A stretch of 64,000 nt of DNA from Candidatus Cloacimonadales bacterium (lineage in GTDB: Bacteria; Cloacimonadota; Cloacimonadia; Cloacimonadales; JAIOQZ01). The translations under genes were made by a program, and so were the position numbers. The notes under the pieces were generated by a model. It was not told where the DNA came from. It saw only the letters and a program-made list of their open reading frames with translations, and ran no database searches. Shown here piece after piece: positions 29,920 to 39,141 of the stretch (the first letter of the stretch is position 1; each line of letters opens with the position of its first letter). Location: contig OY762463.1 in the NCBI GenBank assembly GCA_963665815.1, positions 2,016,001 through 2,080,000 on the forward strand, read 5' to 3'.

Positions 29920-30145
29920 TGAGCATCTCTTTTATCTGCTTAACGTTAAGGACTTTCCCGACAGTTTTCACTTCATCATTGATAACCAAAGCAGGAATTG
30001 ACATTACACCATAACCGATTATTGTCTGCATATCAGTTACTTTATCGATTTCTGCTTCAATACCGAGTTCTTCAACAGCTTTTCTGGCATTTGCTTCCAG
30101 TGATTTACATTTTTTACAGGCAGCACCGAGTATTTTTATTTTCAT
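29912..30145 (-). CDS. Small redox-active disulfide protein (MTH895/Thioredoxin_3 type)
   Basis: MKIKILGAACKKC..YGVMSIPALVIN; GGAG RBS before ATG 30145. Confidence 0.9.
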   Translation of the reverse strand: MKIKILGAACKKCKSLEANARKAVEELGIEAEIDKVTDMQTIIGYGVMSIPALVINDEVKTVGKVLNVKQIKEMLNV

Positions 30146-30279
30146 GTTGACTCCTTTGTAAAGTTTGGTTCGATTTATGCTAAGCATTAATTAACAACAG
30201 ACCGTACTGCTGTCAAGATTTTGCATATATTACTTTGAAAAATGCAGAATTTCCCTATAATCTTATTGAGGTTAATCCA

Positions 30280-30762
30280 ATGAAATTAATTACAAAAACC
30301 AAAATAGAAGTTCTGATTATAATAATCCTGAGTATACTAATTTTTATTATTTCTTCACAAATTGATTTGTTTGAAATGATTCATGAATTTATTGAGAGTC
30401 ATGAAAGCTGGGAATTGGATGAAATTTTACCTGTTTTGATTTCTCTCAGCATATTTCTTCTTATCTTTTCTGTGAGAAGACTTCTGGAAAACAAAAAAGC
30501 GCTGAAGAAGCTTGAGAAAAACCATATGGAACTGCAAGAAGCACATAATGAGATCAAAACACTGTCCGGGCTGCTCCCTGTATGTTCAAAATGCAGAAAA
30601 ATTAAAAACAGTGAGGGCTATTGGCAGTCGTTGGAAACATACATTATGAAGCATACGGATGCTCTCATAACCCATGGTCTTTGTGAAGACTGCGTTAAAG
30701 AACTTTATGGAGAAGAATTTCTGGAAGATATCAAACAGTCTGAAGATCATATTAAAGAATAA
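30280..30762 (+). CDS. Two-TM protein with C-terminal Cys/His zinc-binding signalling domain
   Basis: EIKTLSGLLPVCSKCRKIKNSEGYW..THGLCEDC. Confidence 0.8.
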   Translation: MKLITKTKIEVLIIIILSILIFIISSQIDLFEMIHEFIESHESWELDEILPVLISLSIFLLIFSVRRLLENKKALKKLEKNHMELQEAHNEIKTLSGLLPVCSKCRKIKNSEGYWQSLETYIMKHTDALITHGLCEDCVKELYGEEFLEDIKQSEDHIKE

Positions 30763-31637
30763 GTCATTCCTGTTCTGCTATCAATAAATTTAACTGCATC
30801 CGGGTGAATTTTATGAAGCATTCCATGTCGTAAACCAAGACTACTGATTTCTGCATCCATTATTCCTGTTACTTTCATTACAGCTTTAATAATCAGTGCA
30901 CCTCCGAGAATAATATCTGCTCTATCCGAAGGAACCCCCTTAAACTCTTTCCTGGTTTGAAGATCAAGCATACTAAATTCTCTGATAAACTTGTTCAATT
31001 GTAACAGAGAGATACTTGAGTTTCCTGTAATATTGTTCATTATACCGGCAGATCCACCTGTCAGAACAAGATTGGAATATCTGCTGCAAAGTTTGCTCAA
31101 ATCTATTTTACTCAGTACATGCAATATTGCAGAATTGATTGTTGCTCTGCCTGTTGGCTTATTCAGCTCGAACTTTTCAGTGAGATTCACTGCTCCCAGA
31201 TCAACAGATTGAAAACAGTCGGCTGACACAAGTTCCGTAGACATTCCTCCTGAATCCACCAGCAGAAAATCTTTTGATTTCTGAACGAGGCTGTTAACGT
31301 TATATATCAGTTTCGCTTCTTCATCTGCAGACAATACATTTATACAGATATCTGTTTCTCTTTCAATAAGTTCAATTGTTTGCTCCGTATTTACAGCAAT
31401 ACGGAATACTTCCGTACCACTTGCATGAATTTTTTCAATATTATATTTTTTGTGAAAACTATTCAGATATTCAATTGTGAGTTCGACCTGTTTCACACTA
31501 ATGTATTTCTGCTCATTGTTGAAAGCTCCAAATCTGTTTGGAAAATATAACTCATCTATAATACTTAAGGTTTCTGATTCAATCTCATAAATAACTGCTT
31601 TTAAGGAATTTGATCCGAAATCAAAATAAATATTCAT
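30747..31637 (-). CDS. ppx: Ppx/GppA family exopolyphosphatase
   Basis: DFGSNSLK, TEVFRIAVN, EEA, DSGGMSTE, RADIILGG, GLRHG. Confidence 0.88.
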   Translation of the reverse strand: MNIYFDFGSNSLKAVIYEIESETLSIIDELYFPNRFGAFNNEQKYISVKQVELTIEYLNSFHKKYNIEKIHASGTEVFRIAVNTEQTIELIERETDICINVLSADEEAKLIYNVNSLVQKSKDFLLVDSGGMSTELVSADCFQSVDLGAVNLTEKFELNKPTGRATINSAILHVLSKIDLSKLCSRYSNLVLTGGSAGIMNNITGNSSISLLQLNKFIREFSMLDLQTRKEFKGVPSDRADIILGGALIIKAVMKVTGIMDAEISSLGLRHGMLHKIHPDAVKFIDSRTGMTYSLI

Positions 31638-31743
31638 TTTTCACTCTTTTTTTCCTTGTTAAAATCTCTTAAATATTTCTTTATTGACAGCTTGCTTTTG
31701 TAATTATTAATTAAAGTAAAATAAAAAAAATACTGGAGGATAT

Positions 31744-34575
31744 ATGAAGAAATATTTATATTTCATATTTTTTCTCTTACCGATATTCTGTTTTGCGGCA
31801 GGAACAGGAGATATAGCCGGTAAGGTAAAAGAAGCAAAGACACAACAACCTGTTGAATACGCTACAGTTATGATTCAGGGAACAAGTATTGCCACTTATA
31901 CCAATGAGAAAGGTTCATTTGTATTAAAAAACGTTCCTGTTGGCAAGTACAAATTACTCGCCAGAAAACTGGGATATGCAGAAATCGTACTGGAAATTGA
32001 AGTTAATGAAGGTAAAACAACTATTCAGAACTTTAAGTTTGAAGAACAGGCTTTAAAGGGTCAGACTATTAATGTAACAGGCAACAGAGCGATAAAAAGA
32101 GAAACTCCAGTTGCATTCACAAATCTTAAGAGTGAAGAACTTAAAGAAAAATACACAACCGAAGATATGCCAATGCTTCTTGAAGGTGTTCCTGGAGTAT
32201 TTTCTACATCATCAGGACTGGGAGAATCCGATTTAACTATCAGGGGATTCAGCAGTGAGCAGATTCAGATTCTTATTAACGGAATACCTGTTAACGATCC
32301 TGAAAGTCAGGTAGTATACTGGTCAAACTGGACTGGTGTTTCATCTAATGTGAAATCTGTTCAGGTACAGCGTGGTGCCGGATCTTCACTTTACGGATCA
32401 GGTGCTTTCGGTGGTTCCGTAAATATTGAAACAATGGGGACCGGAAACAAGAATGAAACCATTCTGAGAATATCCGGAGGAACCTACCTTTCCGATGAAA
32501 CAGCAGATGGCAAAGGCGAAATGGAAGATTACCAGCCTGTTAACTACAATATATTACTCAGACAAAACATGTATCTTGCAAAACAGAAAGTTGGAATCAG
32601 TGCTATGTTTGAAAGAAAAGGCGGAGATTCATACATAAACGGTACAAATTATGATGGTTATTCTTTTGGTATGGACGTTGACGTTGATACAAAGAAACAC
32701 GATGTTAAGTTCAGTTTTATTGGTGCTCCTCAGAAACACAACCAGGCACGTAAAGTTCAGGATCTTGAACTGATGAAAACTTTGGGTCGCCAGTACAACA
32801 GAAACAATTGTGATGAACAGGAAAACTACTATTTTAAACCTCAGTTTTCAGTCAGAGATGAATGGAATATCAATGAATTCACCAGTATGCTGACTAACGT
32901 ATTCTTTACAACAGGACAGGGTGGTGGAAAATACCTCAGAAATGACAGATTTGATCCTGAAACAGGTGAAGTTCTCACCATGGAACTCACTGAAGACAGA
33001 ACCAAATTAGCAGTTGGAAGACATGCACGCTGGGTATATGAGCACACCGGGGGTGAGAATGGTGGTGTAATTCTTGATGGTTATGATCCAGAAAGTCATA
33101 CATTTAATGGTGAACTGATAAAAGGTGGAACAAACATGTCTACCGGTAACTATGTTCATTCATACACCAATGACAGTCATAACAATCATATTCAGATTGG
33201 TCTTAATACTTACCTGAAAAACAACTTCGATCTTATCTCAACTTTTGTTGGAGGAGAATTCAGACGCTGGGATGCAGAACACTATGCAGAAGTAAAAGAT
33301 CTCAGATATTATAATCCATTAGAAGAAAATAACCTTGGTATATACAGAAAAGGTCAGAGAAGATATGATTATGATACTGTAGTAAACAATCTTTCAGCTT
33401 TTGTAAGAGTAAAAACAAAACAAGAAATTTGTGAAAGATTTTACGATTATATCTCAGTTTATAATGATACTTATAGAATGCCGTTCTTTATTAGCGGTGA
33501 CATTCAATATGCTACTTATACATCAGAAGTTTCAGAAAATCCAATTCACATTTTTGACTATAATACCGGAGCATTTCTTGAAGAAACTTTCTATCAGACA
33601 AAAGATATGACTGAAGTTGATACGGATGGAAATATTGTTAAAAAGTTTGCTGATGATGATTACAAGAAAACATTCGATTTTATTTCTCCTAAGATAGGTA
33701 TAAACGTCAATTATACTGATGAATTCAATATAATGTACAGTTTTGCACTTGCTCACAAAGAACCAAGAGTCAGTGACTGGTATGACAGAGATGATGGACC
33801 TGACGCAGGACAGGAATACACAACACCTAATCTTGAAATTGTTTATGAAGACCTGAAACCTGAAGAAACTGTAACTCATGAACTGGGGATTGGCTACATA
33901 ACAAAAAAATACACTGCTGAAGTGAATCTGTACTATACAACATACAGTGATAAAATTGAGAACATGACTGATTCCAGAGGTAGTCTGACTGTTAATGCAG
34001 GTAAAGCTATTCACAAGGGTATTGAAGTTAGTACTTCTGCTATATTGTTCAAAAAAATTGATCTGCAGGGATCTTGTACTCTCTCCCAAAATAGATGGGA
34101 TGATATGCACTATGACAAAATATTTAATGTATCATCTGAAGAAATTAATGGCAAAGTTGTCCCATTCACTCCTGAAATCATGGGTAATATTTCAGCAGGA
34201 TATACACTCCCTATAAAGAAAGATAAGTCCAGTTTAAGAATGACTGCAACCTGGAATTTCAGAGACAGATATTTTGGTACTTACACAAATAAAAGAGACC
34301 AGATTGATCCTGTAACAGGAAATGCAACTGAAGTCAGTTCTGAGCTTCCATATTACATGACAACTGATCTGGCTTTCAAGTTTGATACAAAAATCAAAAC
34401 AAAGAAAGTGTCTTTCAGACTTGATCTCAATAATATCTTCAACAGAGATAATATTGCTTCAGCGGACTATACAACAGATTATGGTCGTGAAGATTATCTA
34501 AAAGAGATCAAAACAATGTATGTTGTTCCGGCACCGGAATTCAATGTATTCCTGACTACTGAGATAACATTCTAA
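31744..34575 (+). CDS. TonB-dependent outer-membrane receptor
   Basis: Signal peptide, carboxypeptidase-regulatory-like N-domain, plug IRGF..LINGIPVND..RGAGSSLYGSGAFGGSVN, NNIFN, terminal Phe. Confidence 0.93.
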   Translation: MKKYLYFIFFLLPIFCFAAGTGDIAGKVKEAKTQQPVEYATVMIQGTSIATYTNEKGSFVLKNVPVGKYKLLARKLGYAEIVLEIEVNEGKTTIQNFKFEEQALKGQTINVTGNRAIKRETPVAFTNLKSEELKEKYTTEDMPMLLEGVPGVFSTSSGLGESDLTIRGFSSEQIQILINGIPVNDPESQVVYWSNWTGVSSNVKSVQVQRGAGSSLYGSGAFGGSVNIETMGTGNKNETILRISGGTYLSDETADGKGEMEDYQPVNYNILLRQNMYLAKQKVGISAMFERKGGDSYINGTNYDGYSFGMDVDVDTKKHDVKFSFIGAPQKHNQARKVQDLELMKTLGRQYNRNNCDEQENYYFKPQFSVRDEWNINEFTSMLTNVFFTTGQGGGKYLRNDRFDPETGEVLTMELTEDRTKLAVGRHARWVYEHTGGENGGVILDGYDPESHTFNGELIKGGTNMSTGNYVHSYTNDSHNNHIQIGLNTYLKNNFDLISTFVGGEFRRWDAEHYAEVKDLRYYNPLEENNLGIYRKGQRRYDYDTVVNNLSAFVRVKTKQEICERFYDYISVYNDTYRMPFFISGDIQYATYTSEVSENPIHIFDYNTGAFLEETFYQTKDMTEVDTDGNIVKKFADDDYKKTFDFISPKIGINVNYTDEFNIMYSFALAHKEPRVSDWYDRDDGPDAGQEYTTPNLEIVYEDLKPEETVTHELGIGYITKKYTAEVNLYYTTYSDKIENMTDSRGSLTVNAGKAIHKGIEVSTSAILFKKIDLQGSCTLSQNRWDDMHYDKIFNVSSEEINGKVVPFTPEIMGNISAGYTLPIKKDKSSLRMTATWNFRDRYFGTYTNKRDQIDPVTGNATEVSSELPYYMTTDLAFKFDTKIKTKKVSFRLDLNNIFNRDNIASADYTTDYGREDYLKEIKTMYVVPAPEFNVFLTTEITF

Positions 34576-34585
34576 GGAGCTGAAA

Positions 34586-36163
34586 ATGAAAAAAATATAC
34601 ATAATACTCATTATCGCATTAATAGCAATGATATCCTGTACGGATAAAGTTACTGATCCTATCGAATCAAAAAGTGAAATTCGCGGTACACTTCTCACCT
34701 GGAACACTGAAATTCCTGTTGCCGATGCTAAAGTTATTATTGAAAATGAAATCCTTGGTGTCAGAGACTCTTTAATTTCTGATGCTAACGGACAGTTTGC
34801 ATTCCCTGACCTGTTCCCAAAAACCTATACTCTTTCATTTGAAAAAGACGGTTTTCTCCCTACTGAAATAGATGTGATAGCTAAATCTGGAAAAGTTGTT
34901 GATCTGGATATTACTTATGTACAGTATACTGACGGAACTGAAATGAAAATTGATACAACTGAACTTGATTTTGCTTTTGATGAGAAAAGACACTCAATTA
35001 AAATGCAGACAGTCAGACCAGTTGCAATGATGTGGAATCTCAGTATTGAATATGCAAATGAAACTGGCTGGCTCGATGTAAGTACATCTAGCAGTATGCT
35101 GGAATACGGTGATACTCTTGATATTGAATTTGCAATTGACAGAGTTGGAATGGATGAAGGTGATTATGCTGCTGACCTGGTATTCAACTATTTCGATAAT
35201 AATGTTGCAAAAAATATTACTATCCCTCTTACAATGACAGTTGACCCTATGGGTGTTGCTTATGTTGATATGGAAGAAATTGATTTTGGATTCATCTCAG
35301 AAACAAAAATATTCGATATTGAAAACATAGGAGCCAGTCTCCTTGGTAACTGGACTATTACAACAAATGACAGCTGGATTACTATTGATACTCCAACCGG
35401 ATCAGGTGCAGGAGAAGCGTCTATCTCTGTTGATAGAGATAATCTTCCGGGAGAAACAAATGAGGGAATGATTACTATCTCGGCTGCAATTAATACAATA
35501 GACCTTCCTGTAAAAGTAATAAGAACTAACGCAGAATTTACACCAATCTATGATATTCAGTATGTTGAAGACGCTACTTTTGAATCTGAGTCTACATTAA
35601 AAGGTACTACAGTGCTGACAAAAGGTATTGTAACAGGTGTTGAAGAAGACGGATATTATATTTCCGAAGCAACTGAAACTCAAGAACCATGGAAAGGTGT
35701 TTATGTATATGATAACAGAAATCGACCTGTTGTTGGTGATGAAGTTGGTATACTCGGATATGTTGCAGAATATTATAATTATACAGAGATAAAATCACTT
35801 AAGGAATTTGCAGTATTATCTCAAGGTAATACTTTACCTGAACCGTTAGTGGTTGCAAATACAGATGATATCGCGAACAATGAATCTTACGAAGGCTGCC
35901 TTGTTCGTATTGAAAACGTTATGGTTACTTCTTTACCTGATGAGCATGGCCAGTGGTTTGTAACAAACGATTATGTAGATTCATTGACTTGTCAGATTGA
36001 GGATAACTTCATTAAAGCGATAGATGCAGGAATTGAGCTCGAAATAGGAATGGAATTTGAGTCTATTACCGGAGTTGTAAGCTATAGCTACGATGAATAT
36101 GAAATTAATCCGAGAACAGCAGAAGATTTAGTTCTGAAATCAGACGCAACTACAGAAGATTAA
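34586..36163 (+). CDS. Lipoprotein: carboxypeptidase-regulatory-like + BACON-like + OB-fold domains
   Basis: Lipobox MISC; WTITTNDSWITI..SGAG BACON-like; PIYDIQ..GTTVLTKGIVTG..VGDEV..GYVAEYYNYTEI. Confidence 0.75.
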   Translation: MKKIYIILIIALIAMISCTDKVTDPIESKSEIRGTLLTWNTEIPVADAKVIIENEILGVRDSLISDANGQFAFPDLFPKTYTLSFEKDGFLPTEIDVIAKSGKVVDLDITYVQYTDGTEMKIDTTELDFAFDEKRHSIKMQTVRPVAMMWNLSIEYANETGWLDVSTSSSMLEYGDTLDIEFAIDRVGMDEGDYAADLVFNYFDNNVAKNITIPLTMTVDPMGVAYVDMEEIDFGFISETKIFDIENIGASLLGNWTITTNDSWITIDTPTGSGAGEASISVDRDNLPGETNEGMITISAAINTIDLPVKVIRTNAEFTPIYDIQYVEDATFESESTLKGTTVLTKGIVTGVEEDGYYISEATETQEPWKGVYVYDNRNRPVVGDEVGILGYVAEYYNYTEIKSLKEFAVLSQGNTLPEPLVVANTDDIANNESYEGCLVRIENVMVTSLPDEHGQWFVTNDYVDSLTCQIEDNFIKAIDAGIELEIGMEFESITGVVSYSYDEYEINPRTAEDLVLKSDATTED

Positions 36164-37209
36164 TGATAAATAAACTTAACAGAAAAATAAAAAGTTCAAG
36201 GAAGTTCTTCAGTCTGCTCTTCAATAAAGAAGACGGAAGGAAGGGCTTCCCTTCCCTTGTTGGCTCAATGCTGCAATGGATACTGGTGGAAAAGATACCC
36301 TATCAGCTTTTTTACTTATACGGCCTGCACCTAAAAGGCAGTAACCGCAAGGACTTTATCTTGAATAAAGACTACAGAAGCACCGAAAGGAAATTCAGAC
36401 CTGTCTGTTACAACCTTATGGAAGATAAGTTCCGTTTTGCTATGTATCTCAAAGCAATGAATGTTCCTGCGGCAGTTACTTTTGCCACCTACGATAAAGG
36501 AATGTTTAACTATATTGATGTCCCTGAAAGCATCGATCTGAAGACATTCGTAAAAACAGACAGAGAATTCTATCTCAAAGGAATAACCGGCTGGAGCGGT
36601 GAGCAGGTGCATTTTGTTAAAACGGAAGCCGGAAAGCTTTACGTCGACGGCAGAAAATCCAGTCTTCATTACTTCAGTAAAAAAGTACCGGACAAAGCTA
36701 TTCTGCAATATCCCGTGGTTCAGGTTGAAGAGATGAGCAGATTCAATGCTGACTGTGTAAATACTTTGCGCATTGCTACCATACAGGGAGCAGATGGTCC
36801 GGAAGTATTTTCCGTATTTCTGAGAATGGGACGTTTAGGATCCTTTGTAGATAATGTCGGACAGGAAGGTATTTTTGTCGGTGTTGAAAAGGATACCGGA
36901 GTTTTGTATGATTATGGTTACTCTGAAAGAGAACCTCTGGCAAAATACTATGCACATCCTGACACAAAAACAGAGTTCAAGGGCTTCACAATTCCACAAT
37001 ATCAGCAGGCACTTGATCTGGCTTTGGATGCTCACAAAAGATGCTTTTTTGATTTTTTCTCAATAGGCTGGGATATTGCATTAACCCCGGAAGGACCTGT
37101 TGTGATAGAAGCGAATTATCCTTGGTACTGGCACATCAATCAGGTTACCGATGGTCCTTTAAAAGAAAAATATCTGCAGTACTCAAAACAATTCTCCAGA
37201 AAAAAATAG
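36163..37209 (+). CDS. Sugar-transfer-associated ATP-grasp family protein
   Basis: EDK, CVNTLRI, VDN..G, HPDT, IGWDIALTPEGPVVIEAN. Confidence 0.85.
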   Translation: MINKLNRKIKSSRKFFSLLFNKEDGRKGFPSLVGSMLQWILVEKIPYQLFYLYGLHLKGSNRKDFILNKDYRSTERKFRPVCYNLMEDKFRFAMYLKAMNVPAAVTFATYDKGMFNYIDVPESIDLKTFVKTDREFYLKGITGWSGEQVHFVKTEAGKLYVDGRKSSLHYFSKKVPDKAILQYPVVQVEEMSRFNADCVNTLRIATIQGADGPEVFSVFLRMGRLGSFVDNVGQEGIFVGVEKDTGVLYDYGYSEREPLAKYYAHPDTKTEFKGFTIPQYQQALDLALDAHKRCFFDFFSIGWDIALTPEGPVVIEANYPWYWHINQVTDGPLKEKYLQYSKQFSRKK

Positions 37210-37340
37210 AAAAATTTCTGATAAAAAACTTGCTTCTTTCGATCTAAACCATTCTTCTTTGTACCCTTATAAAGGCTATACTAAAAATGAGTATAAGTCA
37301 TTTATTTAAAATAATTAATAAACTCAAGAAGAGGTATGGA

Positions 37341-38900
37341 ATGAGTTCTATAAACGAAAAAATTGCTGCTTTGAAACAAAAGGAAGACAAAGTAAAAGAA
37401 ATGGGCGGAGCAGCCAGAATCGAAAAACAGCATGCGAAAGGTAAGCTGTCTGCAAGAGAAAGAGTCGATCTTTTATTCGACCCGGGAACATTCAGAGAAA
37501 TCGATCAGTTTGTGAAACACAGATCAACCAATTTCAATATGCCAGATGTAGAAATACCATCAGATGGTGTTGTGACAGGTCACGGTCTTGTTAACGGCAG
37601 ACCTGTATTTGTTTTCTCTCAGGATTTCACAGCACGCGGTGGTTCACTCGGAGAAAAACACGCAGCTAAGATCGTTAAAGTTATGGATATGGCAATGAAA
37701 GCCGGTGTCCCTATCGTTGGAATTAACGATTCAGGTGGTGCTCGTGTGGAAGAAGGTATCGATTCACTTAAAGGATACGGTGACATCTTCTTCAGAAACT
37801 CAAGAGCTTCAGGTGTTATTCCTCAGATTTCCGCAATCATGGGCCCATGTGCCGGTGGAGCAGTTTACTCACCTGCAATGACAGACTTTATATTCATGGT
37901 TAAAAACAGCAGTTACATGTTTATTACCGGACCAAGCGTTATCAAAACTGTAACAGGAGAAGAAACTTCTTTCGAAGAACTCGGTGGAGCAATGATTAAC
38001 AATGCTATGAGCGGTAATGCACACTTTGCCTGCGAAAGCGATCATGATGCTATCAATCAGATCAGAACACTTCTCAGCTACCTGCCAAACAACAATCTGG
38101 AAGATCCTCCTCATGTTGAAACAGGTGATGACCCTCACAGACTCTGTCCTGAACTTGATACTATCGTTCCTGACAATCCACGCGCACCTTACGATATGAA
38201 AGCAGTTGTCAGAACTATTATGGATAATGGTGAATTCTTTGAGCCTCACGAATTCTTTGCAGAAAATGCTATTATCGGATTCGGTCGTCTTAACGGAAGA
38301 GCAGTCGGTATTATCGGAAATCAACCAATGATTCTGGCAGGTTGTCTTGATATCAACGCTTCTGACAAGATTGCACGATTCATCAGATTCTGTGATGCGT
38401 TCAACATCCCTCTTATCACATTCGTTGATACTCCGGGATACTTACCTGGAATCAATCAGGAACACAACGGTGTTATCCGTCACGGAGCTAAAATACTCTG
38501 GAGTTATGCCGAAGCTACAGTTCCTAAAATGACTGTAGTAACCAGAAAAGACTACGGTGGAGCTTATATTGCAATGAGTTCTCAGCATCTTGGTGCAGAC
38601 ATGATTTTTGCATGGCCTTCTGCTGAGATTGCTGTGATGGGAGCTCAGGGAGCTGTTAATATTATTTCCAGCTACAGAAAAGCAATCAAAGACGCTGATG
38701 ATAAACAGGCAATGACACAGGAAAAAATCGCTGAATACGAAGATGCTTTCAGTAATCCTTATGTTGCTGCTGAAAGAGGCTACATCGAAGCTATAATCCA
38801 ACCGTCAGAAACAAGAATGAGACTTGTTGATGCTCTGGAAGTAATGTGTTCAAAGAGCGAAACACTTCCTCCTAAAAAACACGGAAACATCCCTGTATAA
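37341..38900 (+). CDS. Acyl-CoA carboxyltransferase (methylmalonyl-CoA transcarboxylase 12S / PccB type)
   Basis: QHAKGKLSARER, DSGGAR, GPCAGGAVYSPA, FVDTPGYLPG, KKHGNIP. Confidence 0.95.
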   Translation: MSSINEKIAALKQKEDKVKEMGGAARIEKQHAKGKLSARERVDLLFDPGTFREIDQFVKHRSTNFNMPDVEIPSDGVVTGHGLVNGRPVFVFSQDFTARGGSLGEKHAAKIVKVMDMAMKAGVPIVGINDSGGARVEEGIDSLKGYGDIFFRNSRASGVIPQISAIMGPCAGGAVYSPAMTDFIFMVKNSSYMFITGPSVIKTVTGEETSFEELGGAMINNAMSGNAHFACESDHDAINQIRTLLSYLPNNNLEDPPHVETGDDPHRLCPELDTIVPDNPRAPYDMKAVVRTIMDNGEFFEPHEFFAENAIIGFGRLNGRAVGIIGNQPMILAGCLDINASDKIARFIRFCDAFNIPLITFVDTPGYLPGINQEHNGVIRHGAKILWSYAEATVPKMTVVTRKDYGGAYIAMSSQHLGADMIFAWPSAEIAVMGAQGAVNIISSYRKAIKDADDKQAMTQEKIAEYEDAFSNPYVAAERGYIEAIIQPSETRMRLVDALEVMCSKSETLPPKKHGNIPV

Positions 38901-38910
38901 GGCGGCAAAA

Positions 38911-39093
38911 ATGAATTCTAAGCAAAAAGCCGCAGTCGGAGCTGTTATGTGTCTATTAAGACAGGAAGAAGAACTGAAATCTGCAGTATCATATCAGAAG
39001 CCTGCAATATACCCGTCACCATGGGCATTACAGAGCAGACAGACAATCATGCAGAACAGATCGCTCGTACAAAGAAGATTAATAAAAAGATAA
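38911..39093 (+). CDS. Small accessory subunit of the carboxyltransferase complex (epsilon-like)
   Basis: 60 aa between the two catalytic genes; AAVGAV..SPWALQSR pattern. Confidence 0.65.
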   Translation: MNSKQKAAVGAVMCLLRQEEELKSAVSYQKPAIYPSPWALQSRQTIMQNRSLVQRRLIKR

Positions 39094-39141
39094 CATATAT
39101 TAGAGACCTTATATAAGCTCTCATATAATTTTGGAGGAACA

